In this document: positions 49,989 through 53,214 of the stretch, one piece after another
Numbering within the stretch: position 1 is the first letter of the stretch
Layout of the letters: the number at the start of each line of letters is the position of its first letter
NCBI GenBank assembly: GCA_041490745.1
Contig: JBGPTS010000002.1
Span: 1-53,214 of the forward strand
Reading direction: 5' to 3'
Length of the DNA: 53,214 nucleotides
From: Candidatus Binatia bacterium
GTDB lineage: Bacteria > Desulfobacterota > Binatia > UBA9968
Position numbers and translations under genes: made by a program
The notes under the pieces: model-generated
Database searches by the model: none
The model's input: only the letters and a program-made list of their open reading frames with translations
What the model was told of the DNA's origin: nothing

Positions 49989-51452
49989 ATGGGCTTGACT
50001 GAAGAGGTGGTAAGCTTCGTTTATCGGACGCGCTACCGGGACATTCCGCCCGAGGTGCTTCGCTTGGCCCAGGGATTCGTCCTTGACGGTTTGGGGGTCA
50101 TTGTCGCGGGCTCCACCGAGAAGGGCTCGCGCATCCTGCACAACTACATTCGCCAAATGGGCGGCAGCGCGGAAGCCACGGTCATCGGACCTCGCTTCGC
50201 CGCGCCGGCGCCGAAGGCCGCGCTGGCAAACGGCGCCTCGGGCCACGCGATGGATTACGACGACACGCAGCTTTCCACCTCGAAGGAAGGCGTTTATGGC
50301 CTGCTGACCCATCCGACGATTCCCGTGCTCTCGGCGGTCCTCGCCGTCGGCGAGAAGGAACGCATTTCCGGCAAGGAGATGCTGCTCGCCTATATTCTCG
50401 GAGTGGAAGTCGAATGCCGCATCGCCGACGCGATCAATCCGCGCCACTATCAGGCGGGATTTCATTCGACGGCGACCATCGGCGGGCTCGGCGCCGCGAT
50501 GGCGGTCGGCAAGCTCCTCGGCCTCAAAAAAGAGGCGCTCGCGCGCACGCTCGGTCTGGCCGCGAGCATGGCGTCGGGATTGAGAGAAAATTTCGGCACG
50601 ATGACCAAGCCGCTCCACGCCGGGCGCGCGGCGGAAAACGGCGTGACCGCGGCGCAACTGGCCGAGCGAGGTTTTACTTCCGCGACCAATATCATCGAAG
50701 CGAAGCGCGGCCTCTTCAACGCCATGGCCGGCGGCGGCGATGACAGCAAAATCCTCGGCCGTCTTGGCAATCCGTACTTCATGCAAGAGCCGGGAATTTC
50801 GATCAAGCCCTATCCTTCCGGCTCGCTTTCCCATCCGGCTGAGGACGTGATCTTGGAATTGGTCAGAAAGCACGACCTCCACGCGACACAGATCGACACC
50901 GTCGAAGTCGGCACCAACTCCAACGTCCCGAACGCGCTGATCTACCCCATGCCTACAACGTCGCTGGAGGGAAAATTCAGCATCCCCTTCTGCATGGCGA
51001 TCGCCATTTTAGAGCGCAAAGCGGGCATCGCGCAGTTTACCGATCGCAAGGTGCGCCAGCCTGCGGTCGTCGAACTGATGAAGCGCGTGACGCTCTACGT
51101 GGACGCGGAGCTTGAGGCCCTGGGATTCGATCAGGTGCGCTCGCGCGTGCGCGTCAAGCTAAAAGATGGAAGGACGATTGAAGGCAGAGCGGACGTGGCG
51201 AAAGGTCACCCATTAAAGCCGATGAACTGGGCCGAGCTGGCGGAAAAATTCCGCGACTGCGGCCGCCTCGTTCTGTCGGACAACAATATCGAAGTTGCGA
51301 TCGGACTTGTGGCCGAGCTGGACAAGCTCAAGAACATCGTGTCGCTGGTCCGCGTTTTAGGCGGCGGCAGATGGAAACCGGCGAAGAAGTTAAAGCAGCC
51401 AAGAGCGAAGCGGCGCAAAGACAAAAAATGGAGCGGTATTCGGAAAAAATAG
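49989..51452 (+). CDS. MmgE/PrpD family protein (2-methylcitrate-dehydratase-like), copy 1
   Basis: AAGGAG RBS. GHAMDYDDT and HPSGS-type motifs. 487 aa with a Lys/Arg-rich tail. Confidence 0.85.
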   Translation: MGLTEEVVSFVYRTRYRDIPPEVLRLAQGFVLDGLGVIVAGSTEKGSRILHNYIRQMGGSAEATVIGPRFAAPAPKAALANGASGHAMDYDDTQLSTSKEGVYGLLTHPTIPVLSAVLAVGEKERISGKEMLLAYILGVEVECRIADAINPRHYQAGFHSTATIGGLGAAMAVGKLLGLKKEALARTLGLAASMASGLRENFGTMTKPLHAGRAAENGVTAAQLAERGFTSATNIIEAKRGLFNAMAGGGDDSKILGRLGNPYFMQEPGISIKPYPSGSLSHPAEDVILELVRKHDLHATQIDTVEVGTNSNVPNALIYPMPTTSLEGKFSIPFCMAIAILERKAGIAQFTDRKVRQPAVVELMKRVTLYVDAELEALGFDQVRSRVRVKLKDGRTIEGRADVAKGHPLKPMNWAELAEKFRDCGRLVLSDNNIEVAIGLVAELDKLKNIVSLVRVLGGGRWKPAKKLKQPRAKRRKDKKWSGIRKK

Positions 51453-52798
51453 CCGCGTGGGCCGGTGCTCTCGCGTTTGAGCAAATTCCGGCCGACGTCC
51501 GCGAGAAAGCCAAGCTCGTTTTTCTCGACGTGCTGGGAATCGCTCTCGCTTCCTCGACGATGGATTTCGGCCGTGCCGCGCTCGACGTAGCGCGCGCTCT
51601 CGGCGGAAATCACGACAGCACGTTGATTGGAACGCCCGACAAAGTCGCCGCGGCCAACGCGGTGCTCGCCAACGGCACGCTGGCGCACGGCCTGGACTAC
51701 GACGACACGTTGGAAGAAGCGATCGTTCACACCGGGTGCGTAGGGGCGATGACGGCGCTCGCCGCGGGCGAAGCCGCCGGCGCGAGCGGAAAAGAAGTGT
51801 TGGAAGCAGCGATCGCCGGCATCGAGACGATGTGTAAGATCGGCCTCGTGGCGCCGGGAAAATTCCACGCGCGCGGCTTTCATCCGACCGCGCTCTGCGC
51901 CACTTTCGGCGCGGCAGCGGCCGCGGGAAAAATTTTCGGCTTGAAAAAACCCGAGTGGGTGGACGCGTTCGGCATCTGCGGCAGCCAGAGCTCGGGCATC
52001 ATCGAGTATCTCGCGGACGGAACGTGGACCAAGAGAATCCACCCCGGCTGGTCTTCGCACGGCGGCGTCATCGCCGTCCTGCTCGCCGAGCGCGGTTTTC
52101 GCGGTCCCGCCGCCGTCTTCGAAGGAACGCATAGTTTCTATCACGCGTTCGCCGGCGACGCGGGTCTCAATCTCTCGCGGCTCGACGAGCTGGGAAAAAT
52201 TTGGGAGATCCCCAAACTCGCCTTCAAGACTTATCCTTGCGGCTCGATTTCTCATCCGTATATGGATTGTGCCGAGCGGTTGCGAGAAAAATATTCCGTC
52301 CGGCCCCTCGATATCGTCGAGGTCGTCTGCCGCACGGCGGAAGGCCCGGTGCATCGTCTCTGGGAGCCGCTCAAGGAAAAACAGCGCCCCGTGAGCGGAT
52401 ACGGCGCAAAATTCGCCCTGCCGTACAGCGTCGCGATCATGCTGGTGCGCGGCAAAGCCGGCCTCGCGGAATTTACCGACGAGGCGATCCGCGACGCAGC
52501 GGTCTTGGAGATCGCCGACAAAGTCGGCTACGAGATTGACGCAACGATCGACTACCCGCGCCATATGTCCGGCCACGTCAAGATCAAGTTGAAGGACGGC
52601 CGCGTGCTGGAAGAAAACCAGCCTTACCCGCGCGGCGGATTGGAATCGCCGCTGCCGCCGGAAGCGATCGAAGAAAAATTCCGCGCCAACGCGAGGCTGG
52701 CGATTAAACGGGAAAAGGCGGAAGAGATCGTTACGACGGTTCGAAGACTCGAAGACTTGCCTAAGATCGAAACGCTGGCGGATCTTCTCGTCCCTTAA
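51428..52798 (+). CDS. MmgE/PrpD family protein, copy 2
   Basis: Start taken at MERYSEKIAAWAG (ATG 51428), with a 25-nt overlap with copy 1. AHGLDYDDT motif. Confidence 0.85.
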   Translation: MERYSEKIAAWAGALAFEQIPADVREKAKLVFLDVLGIALASSTMDFGRAALDVARALGGNHDSTLIGTPDKVAAANAVLANGTLAHGLDYDDTLEEAIVHTGCVGAMTALAAGEAAGASGKEVLEAAIAGIETMCKIGLVAPGKFHARGFHPTALCATFGAAAAAGKIFGLKKPEWVDAFGICGSQSSGIIEYLADGTWTKRIHPGWSSHGGVIAVLLAERGFRGPAAVFEGTHSFYHAFAGDAGLNLSRLDELGKIWEIPKLAFKTYPCGSISHPYMDCAERLREKYSVRPLDIVEVVCRTAEGPVHRLWEPLKEKQRPVSGYGAKFALPYSVAIMLVRGKAGLAEFTDEAIRDAAVLEIADKVGYEIDATIDYPRHMSGHVKIKLKDGRVLEENQPYPRGGLESPLPPEAIEEKFRANARLAIKREKAEEIVTTVRRLEDLPKIETLADLLVP

Positions 52799-53035
52799 GC
52801 ACGGAGTGACGACGAGGGCTCCTCGGAAAAAAGCCGATTCAAGTCATCGTAGGTAAAAGTACGGGAGGTGTCGAGAAAAACTCAACTTAGGCAAGTCCGA
52901 CACAACCTTCTGGGCAGACAATACATAACCTCGCCACTAAAGGTTGGCGGCAGACTTGACCCCTTAGACATGAATGAGGATGGTTTCCCTTTCATCAAGC
53001 AGGGCGAAAGATTTTGCGGATAACCGAGGAACCCC

Positions 53036-53214
53036 GTGAGCAACGACCCCATCGCCCGATTCAAGGAATTGTTGGCGCAAGCCGAGCAACTGGGCGTCGA
53101 GCCCCACAACGCCGGAGCGTTGGCAACGGCCGGCAACGACCGCCAACCCACGGCGCGCATGGTGCTGCTGAAGGATGTCGATCGAGCGGGCTTTGTCTTC
53201 TACACCGACCTGCA
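53036..53214 (+). CDS. pdxH: pyridoxamine 5'-phosphate oxidase, N-terminal fragment (runs off window)
   Basis: GTG at 53036. The translation VSNDPIARFKELLAQAEQLGVEPHNAGALATAGNDRQPTARMVLLKDVDRAGFVFYTDL matches the PdxH N-terminal pattern. Confidence 0.7.
   Translation, partial: MSNDPIARFKELLAQAEQLGVEPHNAGALATAGNDRQPTARMVLLKDVDRAGFVFYTDL

Noticed and set aside
52882-53160. 92-aa minus-strand ORF near the window end.
   Set aside because: It is antisense to the clear PdxH N-terminus (GTG 53036). It has no motif and lies partly in a lower-GC intergenic segment.

Overview
High-GC bacterial chromosomal window, densely coded. Dispersed REP-like palindromes and many orphan NMT1-type binding proteins suggest an uncultivated soil or sediment lineage, but that is a guess. 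I found no rRNA, tRNA, CRISPR array, transposase or integrase.

Gene blocks, in order:
- 1-9.7 kb: a MoxR / DUF58 / BatA-N / DUF4159 / vWA-membrane 'Bat-like' cluster. It is interrupted by a GT-C glycosyltransferase on the opposite strand and one hypothetical gene.
- 9.7-17.1 kb: housekeeping and transport genes (MBL hydrolase, quinone oxidoreductase, Spy/CpxP-like, MFS, aspartate dehydrogenase, and a NitT/TauT-type ABC transporter).
- 17.2-24.8 kb, minus strand: an aa3-type cytochrome c oxidase island. Order is coxB, coxA, ctaA, ctaB/cyoE, two subunit-III paralogs, subunit IV, DUF420. The island is rich in local repeats and carries a DUF420 gene remnant.
- 25.0-34.7 kb, plus strand: an ArsR-led operon for a group-4-hydrogenase-like membrane complex. 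Its 'large subunit' has lost all four Ni-Fe cysteine ligands (Ehr-type, substrate unknown). A CopD-like membrane protein and a signal-less gamma-glutamyltransferase follow it.
- 34.8-39.7 kb: orphan binding proteins, an HExxH lipoprotein, VOC, an O-methyltransferase, and a single-domain UPF0016/GDT1 gene.
- 39.8-46.4 kb: a clear SAM-I riboswitch with terminator in front of a ThiF/MoeB-like E1 and a threonine-synthase paralog. A MoaD/ThiS-type GG carrier, a CysM-like enzyme and a NIL protein lie nearby. An 844-aa secreted protein on the other strand splits this set.
- 46.4-53.2 kb: a structured ORF-free gap, an ECF sigma / anti-sigma module, a zinc-ribbon protein, TatA, two tandem MmgE/PrpD paralogs, and the start of pdxH.

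The strongest candidates for novel biology are the Ehr-type complex operon and the SAM-riboswitch-controlled sulfur-carrier / ThrC-paralog locus.

All calls rest on reading the translated ORFs and the DNA by eye. No database search was run.
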